18,400 nt of DNA from a virus. Its lineage: Duplodnaviria > Heunggongvirae > Uroviricota > Caudoviricetes. Where the stretch lies: IMG/VR virus record IMGVR_UViG_2718218131_000010, positions 1 to 18,400 of that record; one strand, 5' to 3'. A model generated the notes under the pieces. The model was not told where the DNA came from. It ran no database searches and was given only the letters and a program-made list of their open reading frames with translations. The position numbers and the translations under genes were made by a program. Shown in pieces: positions 7,786 to 15,844 of the stretch; within the stretch, counting starts at the first letter, position 1; every line of letters begins with the position of its first letter.

Positions 7786-8829
7786 GTGAAAGCCGTAATT
7801 ACTCCCTTTGTACAAAAAGTGCTTGGCGTCGCCACATTCAAAGTGGATCAGGAAGTCAGAAAGCTGGTGGAGGCTGGCCGTAAATTTATTATGGAGCCGG
7901 TGCCGCGTGAGTTAATCGAGCACATGGACGACGGCCTCGTTGTTTCCGAGCAAACTATGGCAACAAATGAGGCGTTGCAGCCGTTTTTTAACAGCGATGA
8001 ACTGTTTCGCCGTATTGGTGGAATTGACTCGCTGGTGGCGTGGTTGCGCAGGAAAGAGGGGCAATGCCAGGCCGCAGATCGTAGTTGGTGTGACAACCAT
8101 ATTGTCCACGCTGAACGAGACAATAGCGCGGTGTTGTTGTGCTGGCATCACGATAACCATTACCGGATGCGTGGTTTTAATGAGCTGAAAGAAACGCTGC
8201 ATAATAATCGCGTTAACTGGATACTGGATGTCGCCCGTCAGGAAATGGGGCTTTCAGATGGCCATGATTTAAGTATTCAGGAACTGTGCTGGTGGGCTTT
8301 CATGCGCAACATGATGCACCTGATGCCGGAAGAAGTTTGCCGTATATCAATAAATAAGATGAAAGCCGCAACGCAGGATAGCGGACCTCTGAAAGAGGCG
8401 GATATTCGCCCGTATGACGATCGCGCTACAGCATATGTTCAGATGATGGAAGAACGCGCCGCGCCGATGCGTGCAAAAGTATGCCCTGTGGATGTAGACT
8501 CCGACCCTGGCATGGCGCATTTCAAAATACCAAAACTTCAATCGCTAAAATTGCCCGAGTACATGGACTTTGTGGCTTCCCGTCCATGCTGTGGCTGTGG
8601 AGCTGCGGGAGCTGGCGCTCACATTACGCCTTATATCGTTCGTCATAGTCGATTATGCGCGCATGACATTTATGCTATTCCTCTGTGCCAGTCATGCCAG
8701 CGTGATATTGAGCGTGACCTCGATAATTGGGAGAAGACGCACGGTAGGCTGGCGATGCATCAACGATTGTTCTTTGATTACGCGCTTGGAGTCGGCGCTA
8801 TCACAAGTCACTCGTCGAGCGTTAGATAA
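7786..8829 (+). CDS. pdcB: hypothetical protein 347 aa (pdcB by synteny); C-terminal Cys/His-rich region
   Basis: GTG start 7786 with AAAGG RBS; C-terminus contains [12 protein letters not shown]...C...H...C..C, a possible metal-binding/HNH-like region; symbol from P1 gene order. Confidence 0.6.
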   Translation: MKAVITPFVQKVLGVATFKVDQEVRKLVEAGRKFIMEPVPRELIEHMDDGLVVSEQTMATNEALQPFFNSDELFRRIGGIDSLVAWLRRKEGQCQAADRSWCDNHIVHAERDNSAVLLCWHHDNHYRMRGFNELKETLHNNRVNWILDVARQEMGLSDGHDLSIQELCWWAFMRNMMHLMPEEVCRISINKMKAATQDSGPLKEADIRPYDDRATAYVQMMEERAAPMRAKVCPVDVDSDPGMAHFKIPKLQSLKLPEYMDFVASRPCCGCGAAGAGAHITPYIVRHSRLCAHDIYAIPLCQSCQRDIERDLDNWEKTHGRLAMHQRLFFDYALGVGAITSHSSSVR

Positions 8830-8830
8830 A

Positions 8831-8847
8831 ATTGCTCTAATGTATTG
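8831..8847 (+). promoter_or_regulatory. C1 repressor operator-like site upstream of lpa (ATTGCTCTAATGTATTG)
   Basis: 13/17 match to the P1 C1 operator consensus ATTGCTCTAATAAATTT, including the invariant ATTGCTCTAAT core. Confidence 0.6.
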
Positions 8848-8917
8848 CTATTTCTTTAATCGAGGGTATTATATTCCACGTTGATTAGTTGACATGGGCT
8901 AATCAGTAGGTGACAGG

Positions 8918-9370
8918 ATGTTACTTAACTGGCAGGGACGCCACTTCATGGAAATAAATCACTCACGAATAACATCGTACGAGATTGCGGATTACATGAT
9001 CCGCACTAAATCTCTTCTATCAGCGAAAGAACTCGCAGCAATTCTTGAAAAGGAATACCCGCATCTGGATGTCGATAAGCGCGATGTTTATCTGCGCTTA
9101 AAGGCTATCGCTGTGTCTAAGTATTCGTCTGTTTTGATTGATGACAGTACACGCCCACGTAGATTTCAGATCCACTCTCTGAATCCTGAATTCTTTCGCC
9201 GCAGCCGCGCTCCGCGCCGGTTTGATGAAAAACTCCAGAACGAACTCTATATGACGCAGGACGAAAAGGAACGCCGGGAGCACCAGCCTTGGGTAATGGC
9301 GCGTCAACTTTTCAATAAGGTGGCCCGTCAGCACCGTCATTACGGTAATGCCACATCCGCACGTATCTGA
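8918..9370 (+). CDS. lpa: Lpa, late promoter activator
   Basis: 150-aa ORF directly preceded by a C1 operator and followed by pacA, as in P1; AGGTGA RBS before ATG 8918. Confidence 0.75.
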   Translation: MLLNWQGRHFMEINHSRITSYEIADYMIRTKSLLSAKELAAILEKEYPHLDVDKRDVYLRLKAIAVSKYSSVLIDDSTRPRRFQIHSLNPEFFRRSRAPRRFDEKLQNELYMTQDEKERREHQPWVMARQLFNKVARQHRHYGNATSARI

Positions 9371-9380
9371 TTGATTGCTT

Positions 9381-9399
9381 GCCCGTTCCGGGCCTTTTG
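9381..9399 (+). terminator. putative rho-independent terminator after lpa
   Basis: GCCCG-TTC-CGGGC stem-loop followed by CTTTTG. Confidence 0.4.
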
Positions 9400-9455
9400 A
9401 CATGTGACTTTCGTTACCCTCGCGTCAAAAAGAGTTTTTACGAAAGGAAGCATAA

Positions 9456-10649
9456 GTGACCTGGGACGATCACAAGAAGAATTTTGCTCGCCTGGCGCGA
9501 GATGGTGGTTACACCATCGCACAGTATGCCGCCGAGTTTAATCTTAACCCTAATACCGCACGTCGTTATCTCCGTGCCTTCAAAGAAGACACCAGGACTA
9601 CGGACAGCCGCAAGCCAAATAAGCCAGTCAGGAAGCCACTAAAAAGCATGATCATTGATCACTCTAATGATCAACATGCAGGTGATCACATTGCGGCTGA
9701 AATAGCGGAAAAACAAAGAGTTAATGCCGTTGTCAGTGCCGCAGTCGAGAATGTGAAGCGCCAAAATAAGCGCATAAATGATCGTTCAGATGATCATGAC
9801 GTGATCACCCGCGCCCACCGGACCTTACGTGATCGCCTGGAACGCGACACCCTGGATGATGATGGTGAACGCTTTGAATTCGAAGTTGGCGATTACCTGA
9901 TAGATAACGTTGAAGCGCGGAAGGCCGCGCGCGCTATGTTGCGTCGGTCCGGGGCCGATGTTCTGGAAACCACTCTTCTGGAAAAGTCTCTTTCTCATCT
10001 CCTTATGCTGGAGAATGCCAGGGATACGTGTATTCGCCTGGTGCAGGAAATGCGCGATCAGCAAAAAGACGATGATGAAGGTACTCCGCCTGAATACCGT
10101 ATCGCGAGCATGCTAAACAGCTGTTCCGCGCAGATAAGCAGCCTGATCAACACCATTTACAGCATCCGGAATAACTATCGAAAAGAAAGCCGGGAGGCGG
10201 AAAAGCACGCTTTGTCTATGGGGCAAGCTGGCATTGTTAAGCTGGCATACGAACGAAAGCGTGAAAATAACTGGTCAGTGCTGGAAGCAGCTGAATTCAT
10301 CGAGGCGCATGGCGGGAAAGTTCCGCCCCTGATGCTGGAGCAAATCAAAGCCGATCTGCGTGCTCCTAAGACCAATACCGATGATGAGGAAAGGCAGACA
10401 GCCGTCGGCGGCCCTTCTCTTGAAGATCTGGACAAAGTTGCGCGAGAACGGGCCGCCAACCGCCGCGCCGATGCCGCATTGTGGATTGAGCAGCGTAGGG
10501 AAGAAATCGCCGATATCGTTGATACAGGCGGTTATGGAGATGTTGATACTGAAGGTGTATCAAACGACCCATGGCTGGAACAAGACCTGGACGAAGACGA
10601 GGAGGAAGACGAAGAAGTTACCCGCAAGCTATACGGGGATGATGATTAA
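9456..10649 (+). CDS. pacA: PacA, terminase small/pac-recognition subunit
   Basis: 397 aa; contains the pac site internally; acidic C-terminal tail; GTG start with AAGGAAG RBS. Confidence 0.9.
9649..9807. other. pac packaging site: 4 + 3 TGATC(A/G) hexamers with Dam GATC cores
   Basis: TGATCA at 9649, 9656, 9668, 9683 and TGATCG/TGATCA at 9779, 9791, 9802 inside pacA; matches the known bipartite P1 pac architecture. Confidence 0.85.
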
Positions 10650-12133
10650 TGGCCAGAAGTTGCGTAACGGATCCACGTTGGCGCGAGCTGGTGGCGCTAT
10701 ATCGTTATGACTGGATTGCGGCCGCTGATGTTTTGTTTGGGAAGACACCAACCTGGCAGCAGGATGAGATCATTGAGTCCACGCAGCAGGACGGCAGTTG
10801 GACAAGTGTGACCTCCGGCCATGGTACTGGTAAGTCGGATATGACGAGTATCATTGCAATACTCTTCATCATGTTTTTCCCCGGCGCTCGCGTCATTCTG
10901 GTCGCTAACAAAAGACAGCAAGTCCTTGATGGTATTTTCAAATATATAAAGAGCAATTGGGCTACTGCTGTTAGCAGATTCCCGTGGTTGTCGAAGTATT
11001 TCATTCTTACAGAAACGTCTTTTTTTGAGGTGACTGGCAAGGGTGTTTGGACAATATTGATAAAGTCCTGTCGCCCCGGAAATGAGGAGGCGTTGGCTGG
11101 TGAACACGCCGATCATCTCTTGTATATCATCGACGAAGCGTCGGGTGTGAGTGATAAAGCATTCAGTGTGATAACAGGTGCGCTGACCGGTAAGGATAAC
11201 CGTATTCTGCTTCTTTCCCAGCCTACGCGACCTTCAGGCTATTTCTACGATTCACACCACAGACTAGCTATTCGCCCGGGAAATCCTGATGGATTGTTTA
11301 CTGCGATAATACTGAATAGTGAAGAATCTCCGCTTGTAGATGCAAAATTTATACGAGCAAAACTTGCGGAGTATGGCGGTCGTGATAACCCCATGTACAT
11401 GATCAAAGTACGTGGTGAATTTCCCAAATCTCAAGATGGCTTTCTTCTTGGTCGTGATGAGGTTGAGCGGGCGACGCGGCGAAAGGTCAAGATTGCCAAA
11501 GGATGGGGCTGGGTTGCATGTGTTGACGTTGCTGGTGGCACAGGACGAGATAAGTCCGTTATTAATATCATGATGGTGTCCGGCCAGCGAAATAAACGCC
11601 GTGTAATCAACTATCGTATGCTGGAATACACAGACGTTACAGAAACGCAGTTAGCCGCCAAGATTTTCGCAGAATGTAACCCAGAACGGTTCCCGAACAT
11701 AACCATAGCTATTGATGGCGATGGCTTGGGGAAATCGACGGCTGATCTGATGTACGAACGCTATGGTATTACCGTCCAGCGTATCCGCTGGGGTAAAAAG
11801 ATGCACAGCCGTGAAGATAAAAGCCTTTATTTCGATATGCGCGCTTTCGCGAATATTCAGGCGGCAGAAGCTGTAAAATCAGGGCGTATGCGGCTTGATA
11901 AGGGGGCTGCGACTATAGAGGAAGCATCAAAGATACCGGTCGGGATAAATTCCGCAGGTCAATGGAAGGTGATGTCAAAGGAAGATATGAAGAAAAAACT
12001 CAACCTGCACTCACCGGACCATTGGGATACATATTGTTTCGCTATGTTGGCGAACTATGTACCCCAAGATGAAGTGCTTAGCGTCGAAGACGAAGCGCAG
12101 GTTGATGAAGCTCTGGCATGGCTTAATGAGTAA
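10649..12133 (+). CDS. pacB: PacB, terminase large subunit
   Basis: 494 aa; start overlaps the pacA stop (TAATG); position and size as in P1. Confidence 0.9.
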
Positions 12134-12136
12134 AAA

Positions 12137-12153
12137 CTTGCTCTAATAAATTG
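12137..12153 (+). promoter_or_regulatory. C1 operator-like site (CTTGCTCTAATAAATTG)
   Basis: 15/17 match to the C1 operator consensus; sits 4 bp after the pacB stop at the head of the antirepressor module. Confidence 0.65.
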
Positions 12154-12154
12154 T

Positions 12155-12310
12155 GTTTTTTTGGCTGCCGATGTTACATTGAACCTGAACTCTTGCGCCT
12201 TGAGGCATTTTCGGTTTATGCTTATCAGGCACCTCATTAAAACGGGTGCCGGGATTGGAACCCCGGATAATGCAAAAGGCGACACAGACGCCAAAAGCGT
12301 CTTTTTTTGT
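12155..12310 (+). ncRNA. candidate C1-controlled small RNA or leader segment ending at an intrinsic terminator
   Basis: No ORF; contains GGCUGCC (12164-12170) and a hairpin CCGGG-AUUGGAAC-CCCGG (12249-12266); ends with GACGC-CAAAA-GCGTC followed by T7 (12287-12308). Confidence 0.3.
12287..12308 (+). terminator. rho-independent terminator (GACGCCAAAAGCGTC + TTTTTTT)
   Basis: 5-bp GC stem, 5-nt loop, 7 T run; flanked by GACACA / TGTGTC extending the stem. Confidence 0.6.
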
Positions 12311-12339
12311 GTCATGCCATCGCACAGCCATACGTAGCA

Positions 12340-12493
12340 CATAGCTCCGAGATCAATGGTAGTGCTGGCTGGGCTGCCGAAAGGCAGGCCGGTTCCCTTT
12401 TGCGCCGGTAGTTCCAACCCAGTCAGTGCTACCGCCATTGAGATTGGAACCTCACGCGGTAGCTCCTAAAGTTAGCAAAAGGAGGCTGCCATT
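12340..12493 (+). promoter_or_regulatory. structured leader upstream of the icd-like ORF with anti-SD and kissing-loop elements
   Basis: Local hairpin CUGCC-GAAA-GGCAG (12373-12387); hairpin CGGTAG...CTACCG with GUUCCAAC in its loop (12405-12435); second AUUGGAACC (12443-12451); GGCUGCC overlapping the SD GGAGG (12481-12490). Confidence 0.4.
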
Positions 12494-12715
12494 ATGGCTA
12501 CTATCCCTACCCCAACTCACCCTGAATTTATCTGGCGCTTTTACTCCTGCCAGAAACGTCACTATCACTTCGTTATCGCAACAACAGAAGATGAGGCCCG
12601 CTCTCAGCTTCCTGACGCCCCATGTATTTTCTCTGCCCGTTTTTCCACTGATTCACGCAATTCTCTCAGTTACTGGTGCCTCCCTGTTAACGCTTCTGCT
12701 CAGGAGGGACTATGA
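12494..12715 (+). CDS. small ORF translationally coupled to the antirepressor (icd-like position)
   Basis: 73 aa; GGAGG 8 nt upstream; stop TGA overlaps the ant ATG (ATGA), the same coupling architecture as icd-ant in P1 immI. Confidence 0.45.
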   Translation: MATIPTPTHPEFIWRFYSCQKRHYHFVIATTEDEARSQLPDAPCIFSARFSTDSRNSLSYWCLPVNASAQEGL

Positions 12716-13824
12716 GAACGTCATTAGTCACCCGTGAAGAGATGATCGAGGCAATTGAACGGCACACTGCCTGTATCAGTACCAGGGATATACCGGGCGT
12801 TATTGCCAACTACTTCATGATCACCAAACAACTTTACCGGAGAAAGGACAAGAACGCGGTTCACCGCATCCTGCTAACCGATATCCGTGAATACCTGCTC
12901 GAACAGGGTCATCTGAATTACGCAACCGTCGCAGCCGAAGCACGCAAGGAGGCACACAGAATGAAAGCAACTAACGTTAAATCAGAAAAAATTCATGCAC
13001 CTTCAGTTCAGGAATCGGAACTGGTGGTTGTTCAGAATCAGCCGGATGAAATTCCCGTTCTGGAATGGCAGGGAGTACGTGTCGTGACAACCGAAACTCT
13101 TGCTAGAGGGTATGGGGTCGATGAAGCCAATATTCGCAACAATTTGTCTCGCAACCTTGACCGCTTTGAAGAAGGTAAGCATTACTTTCTTCTAACTGGT
13201 TTAAAATTAAGAGAATTTAAGAACAGAGTAACCGGAAGTTACTCTGTTGGTAAGAACGCCAGAAGCCTTACACTCTGGACAGAGCGCGGCGCTGCACGCA
13301 TGTCTAAGATCGTGGACACAAATGAAGCATGGGCATTCTTTGAAAAACTGGAAGACAGCTACTTCCGGCAAAAAGAACAGCAACCGGTTGCAATCCCCCA
13401 GACGCTTCCAGAAGCTCTGCGCCTGGCTGCCGAACTGGCTGAACAAAAGCAGCTTCTGGAACAGAAAGCCCACCAGCTAAATCAGCAGCTGGTGGCCGCC
13501 GCTCCTAAAGTCGATTTTGCCGACCGGGTATCAGTAGCTAAAGGGATCCTGATTGGGAATTTTGCAAAGGTTGTTGGACTTAAGCAAAACGCGCTGTTTG
13601 CCTGGTTACGGGAGAACGGCATCCTGATAGCGTCCGGTGGACGTAAAAATGTGCCGTTCCAGCAGTACATCAATGCGGGGTATTTCACGGTGAAAGAAGT
13701 GGTGCTGGATGATGAAGATGGCTACCAGATACGGTTGACGCCTCAATTAACGGGTAAAGGCCAGCAGTGGTTGACGCGTAAACTGCTCGATGCTGGCTTG
13801 TTAAAACCGGTGGCGGCTGAATAA
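12712..13824 (+). CDS. phage antirepressor (Ant-like; ORF6N N-terminal and KilA-C/ANT C-terminal domains)
   Basis: 370 aa; VRVVTTETLARGYGVDEANIRNNLSRNLDRFEEGKHYF...LTLWTERGAARMSKIVDTNEAWAFFEKL (ORF6N-like) and FAKVVGLKQNALFAWLRENGIL...VPFQQYINAGYFTVKE (KilA-C/ANT-like). Confidence 0.75.
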   Translation: MRTSLVTREEMIEAIERHTACISTRDIPGVIANYFMITKQLYRRKDKNAVHRILLTDIREYLLEQGHLNYATVAAEARKEAHRMKATNVKSEKIHAPSVQESELVVVQNQPDEIPVLEWQGVRVVTTETLARGYGVDEANIRNNLSRNLDRFEEGKHYFLLTGLKLREFKNRVTGSYSVGKNARSLTLWTERGAARMSKIVDTNEAWAFFEKLEDSYFRQKEQQPVAIPQTLPEALRLAAELAEQKQLLEQKAHQLNQQLVAAAPKVDFADRVSVAKGILIGNFAKVVGLKQNALFAWLRENGILIASGGRKNVPFQQYINAGYFTVKEVVLDDEDGYQIRLTPQLTGKGQQWLTRKLLDAGLLKPVAAE

Positions 13825-13833
13825 TGGAAGAAT

Positions 13834-13862
13834 GCCCGGTTGATGCCGGGCATAATTTATTG
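13834..13862. terminator. convergent terminator hairpin between ant-like gene and c1
   Basis: GCCCGG-TTGATG-CCGGGC followed by ATAATTTATT; overlaps the c1 stop codon region. Confidence 0.5.
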
Positions 13863-14708
13863 CGCGCTTTCGGGGTTGTCGTTTACTGGCTGCCCCTTCT
13901 TGGTTTTACGGCTGCGCGTAACTGATGCGGCTGACTTAACCTTTTTCTCTTCGCGAGTGATGGCAATTTGTTTTTTTACATTTTCAATATCTGCCAGGCG
14001 ATATATTTTTGCTTGCGGCCAGCGGTCGCAGATGATCGGTTCTATGGAGTCATAAAGGCTAAATTTTGCTTTTTCGAATTCACCGTTGATGATAATTCCA
14101 TCACGGAGAGTTTCATCGCAGATAAACACGCCACACAGTGGCACATGGTAACTAACTGATTTACCATCATTGTAGTTAGGGCTACTGGAAATGTAGTGGA
14201 CGCGCAGCATTGTTTCGCTAAAGCCGTGTACGCGCATACGGAATTTTTCATCCTCCGGGTACTGCTTCATTAGCTCTTTTGTTGCTTCCAGGTTCTCTAT
14301 GTATTTCGCACTGTGCTCATTGATCCCCGCGCTTTTTTGGATGCGAATGTCCTTATCAATCAGATGAATAATGCGGCCAGCGGTCATGTTGACGCTGTTC
14401 ACAGCTTCTGTCTGATAAGTTGTAACCTTACGCACACCGCGAAGGATGTTAGGCACAGGATATAAAATAGTCTTTGGGATATTGAGATCTGGGTACTGTT
14501 CCAGTTCCCGCGCCATTAAAGTCCATTTATCAATTTCTGCCTGAATGCTGTCCGTTTCTTTGAACGGCAGAACGACAACCGGGCGTACAGGACGACCGTC
14601 GCTGGCGGCATCAACGTGTTGGGCGCGTGCAACAGCTTTTTTTAGAAAGAGATCCCTGAAGCTGACGAACTCCTGGTACAGTTGTTCGCCGTAGACATAA
14701 TTTATCAT
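13857..14708 (-). CDS. c1: C1 repressor of lysogeny
   Basis: 283 aa MINYVYGEQLYQEFVSFRDLFLKK... matches P1 C1 as recalled; multiple C1 operators in the vicinity. Confidence 0.95.
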   Translation of the reverse strand: MINYVYGEQLYQEFVSFRDLFLKKAVARAQHVDAASDGRPVRPVVVLPFKETDSIQAEIDKWTLMARELEQYPDLNIPKTILYPVPNILRGVRKVTTYQTEAVNSVNMTAGRIIHLIDKDIRIQKSAGINEHSAKYIENLEATKELMKQYPEDEKFRMRVHGFSETMLRVHYISSSPNYNDGKSVSYHVPLCGVFICDETLRDGIIINGEFEKAKFSLYDSIEPIICDRWPQAKIYRLADIENVKKQIAITREEKKVKSAASVTRSRKTKKGQPVNDNPESAQ

Positions 14709-14802
14709 TGATCCTCCTCCAGAATTGACATGGCCAACAACTCACAGCGGATAACACTGAGAGTTGTTGGGCACCATTATAGAAGGATCTAACGAAAATA
14801 AT

Positions 14803-14819
14803 AGATTTATTAGTGCATT
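14803..14819 (-). promoter_or_regulatory. C1 operator-like site between coi and c1
   Basis: Minus-strand AATGCACTAATAAATCT, 14/17 match to the consensus. Confidence 0.5.
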
Positions 14820-14821
14820 TA

Positions 14822-15028
14822 TTATGAGTCTGGCTGGTTAGTGGTCATGAGATATTCAATTGTGTCAGTGAGATCATCTAGGTCGTCGGGGGTGATACGG
14901 TACTCCTGATTGGATATCTTTGAGTAGTGTTCAGCAATGGCGCGAGCAGCGTCGGTTTCGGTGGGATCTACAGATAAAGCGTTAGAGCAATGTCTAACGT
15001 CGTCGATAGTTGGTGGAATGAAAGCCAT
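14822..15028 (-). CDS. coi: Coi, C1 inactivator
   Basis: 68-aa acidic ORF immediately upstream of c1 on the same strand, as in P1 immC. Confidence 0.8.
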   Translation of the reverse strand: MAFIPPTIDDVRHCSNALSVDPTETDAARAIAEHYSKISNQEYRITPDDLDDLTDTIEYLMTTNQPDS

Positions 15029-15250
15029 AATTATGCCTCACTGTATTTACAACACAGAGCCTGAAGCTCTGACCTACTGTTTCACCCATGATCCATGCTG
15101 GGGTTATCTAACAACATTGCGCTGTGTGTAAGATGAGCAATGCATAGCTGTAATGCCCTGTTTGCTCATTTCCTTCTGAGCCGCTCTACAACACTGAAGA
15201 CACATTAAATAGTGAATCCAAAGTCGTATTACGAAACGGCGGCAAAGCTA

Positions 15251-15267
15251 TAATTTATTAGAGCAAT
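15251..15267 (-). promoter_or_regulatory. C1 operator (Op99-type), minus orientation
   Basis: Reverse complement ATTGCTCTAATAAATTA, 16/17 match. Confidence 0.65.
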
Positions 15268-15333
15268 TGTCAAACAACTATGAAAAACAATCCAGTTTTT
15301 GGCTGGTGGAGTGGGATTTTACTCTCAAAATTT

Positions 15334-15350
15334 ATTGCTCTAATGATTCT
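15334..15350 (+). promoter_or_regulatory. C1 operator-like site (ATTGCTCTAATGATTCT)
   Basis: 14/17 match with intact ATTGCTCTAAT core; lies in the imcA/imcB control region between coi and loxP. Confidence 0.55.
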
Positions 15351-15393
15351 TGATTTTTGTGCGCAGCTGGACGTAAACTCCTCTTCGGACCTA

Positions 15394-15427
15394 ATAACTT
15401 CGTATAGCATACATTATACGAAGTTAT
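15394..15427. other. loxP site-specific recombination site
   Basis: Exact ATAACTTCGTATA-GCATACAT-TATACGAAGTTAT (13-bp inverted repeats and 8-bp spacer). Confidence 0.98.
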
Positions 15428-15446
15428 CTTAAGGGTTATTGAACAT

Positions 15447-15517
15447 GATCAATTTACCTGTAAATCCATACAGTTCAATACATTACAGGTCAAATAGTGA
15501 TCACTTGATCATTTGAT
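15447..15517. promoter_or_regulatory. Dam GATC cluster in the cre leader/promoter region
   Basis: GATC at 15447, 15499, 15507 and 15514 (TGATCA-type) between loxP and cre; cre promoters are known to be Dam-sensitive. Confidence 0.5.
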
Positions 15518-15615
15518 CAAGGTTGCGCTACGTAAAATCTGCGAAATGTTGGCAGTGTTAGTGCTCCAGATTTCGCGTAGCGCACTTAGCACCACCAATC
15601 AATCAGAGGTGAAAA

Positions 15616-15837
15616 ATGGGATATTCAGCTGCTAAAGTGTCCACTCATATTGAGCTTGAGAAAAACCGTGGTTACTGGCGGGCAAAAGGGTTTGATCGTG
15701 ATAGTTGTCAACTGTCATTATCGCGCGGTGAAGAGAAAATAGAACGCACGCGCGGTCGCTGGCGTTTCTATGACGAGAACCATAAACAGGTAAAGGCAGA
15801 GCCGATCCTGTACACTTTACTTAAAACCATTATCTGA
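15616..15837 (+). CDS. candidate small basic protein (73 aa) in the cre leader
   Basis: ATG 15616 with GAGGTG 5 nt upstream; stop 8 nt before the cre ATG; I do not recall an annotated gene here in P1, so this may be non-coding leader. Confidence 0.3.
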   Translation: MGYSAAKVSTHIELEKNRGYWRAKGFDRDSCQLSLSRGEEKIERTRGRWRFYDENHKQVKAEPILYTLLKTII

Positions 15838-15844
15838 GTGTTAA

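Noticed and set aside
9825-11427. Small ORFs antisense or out of frame within pacA/pacB (9825-10064, 9910-10116, 10175-10459, 10697-11116, 11245-11427)
   Set aside because: Embedded in well-supported terminase genes; no independent signals.
13207-13688. ORFs 13207-13473(-), 13247-13480(+), 13482-13688(-) inside the antirepressor gene
   Set aside because: Overlap the domain-bearing frame of the Ant-like protein; shadow ORFs.
14937-15131. Plus-strand ORF overlapping coi
   Set aside because: Antisense to coi with no RBS; likely spurious.
15029-15390. Attempt to place imcA/imcB small ORFs between coi and loxP
   Set aside because: Only very short minus-strand ORFs (about 21-31 codons) were found by hand and I cannot match them to ImcA/ImcB from memory; the region is reported as operator-rich control DNA instead.
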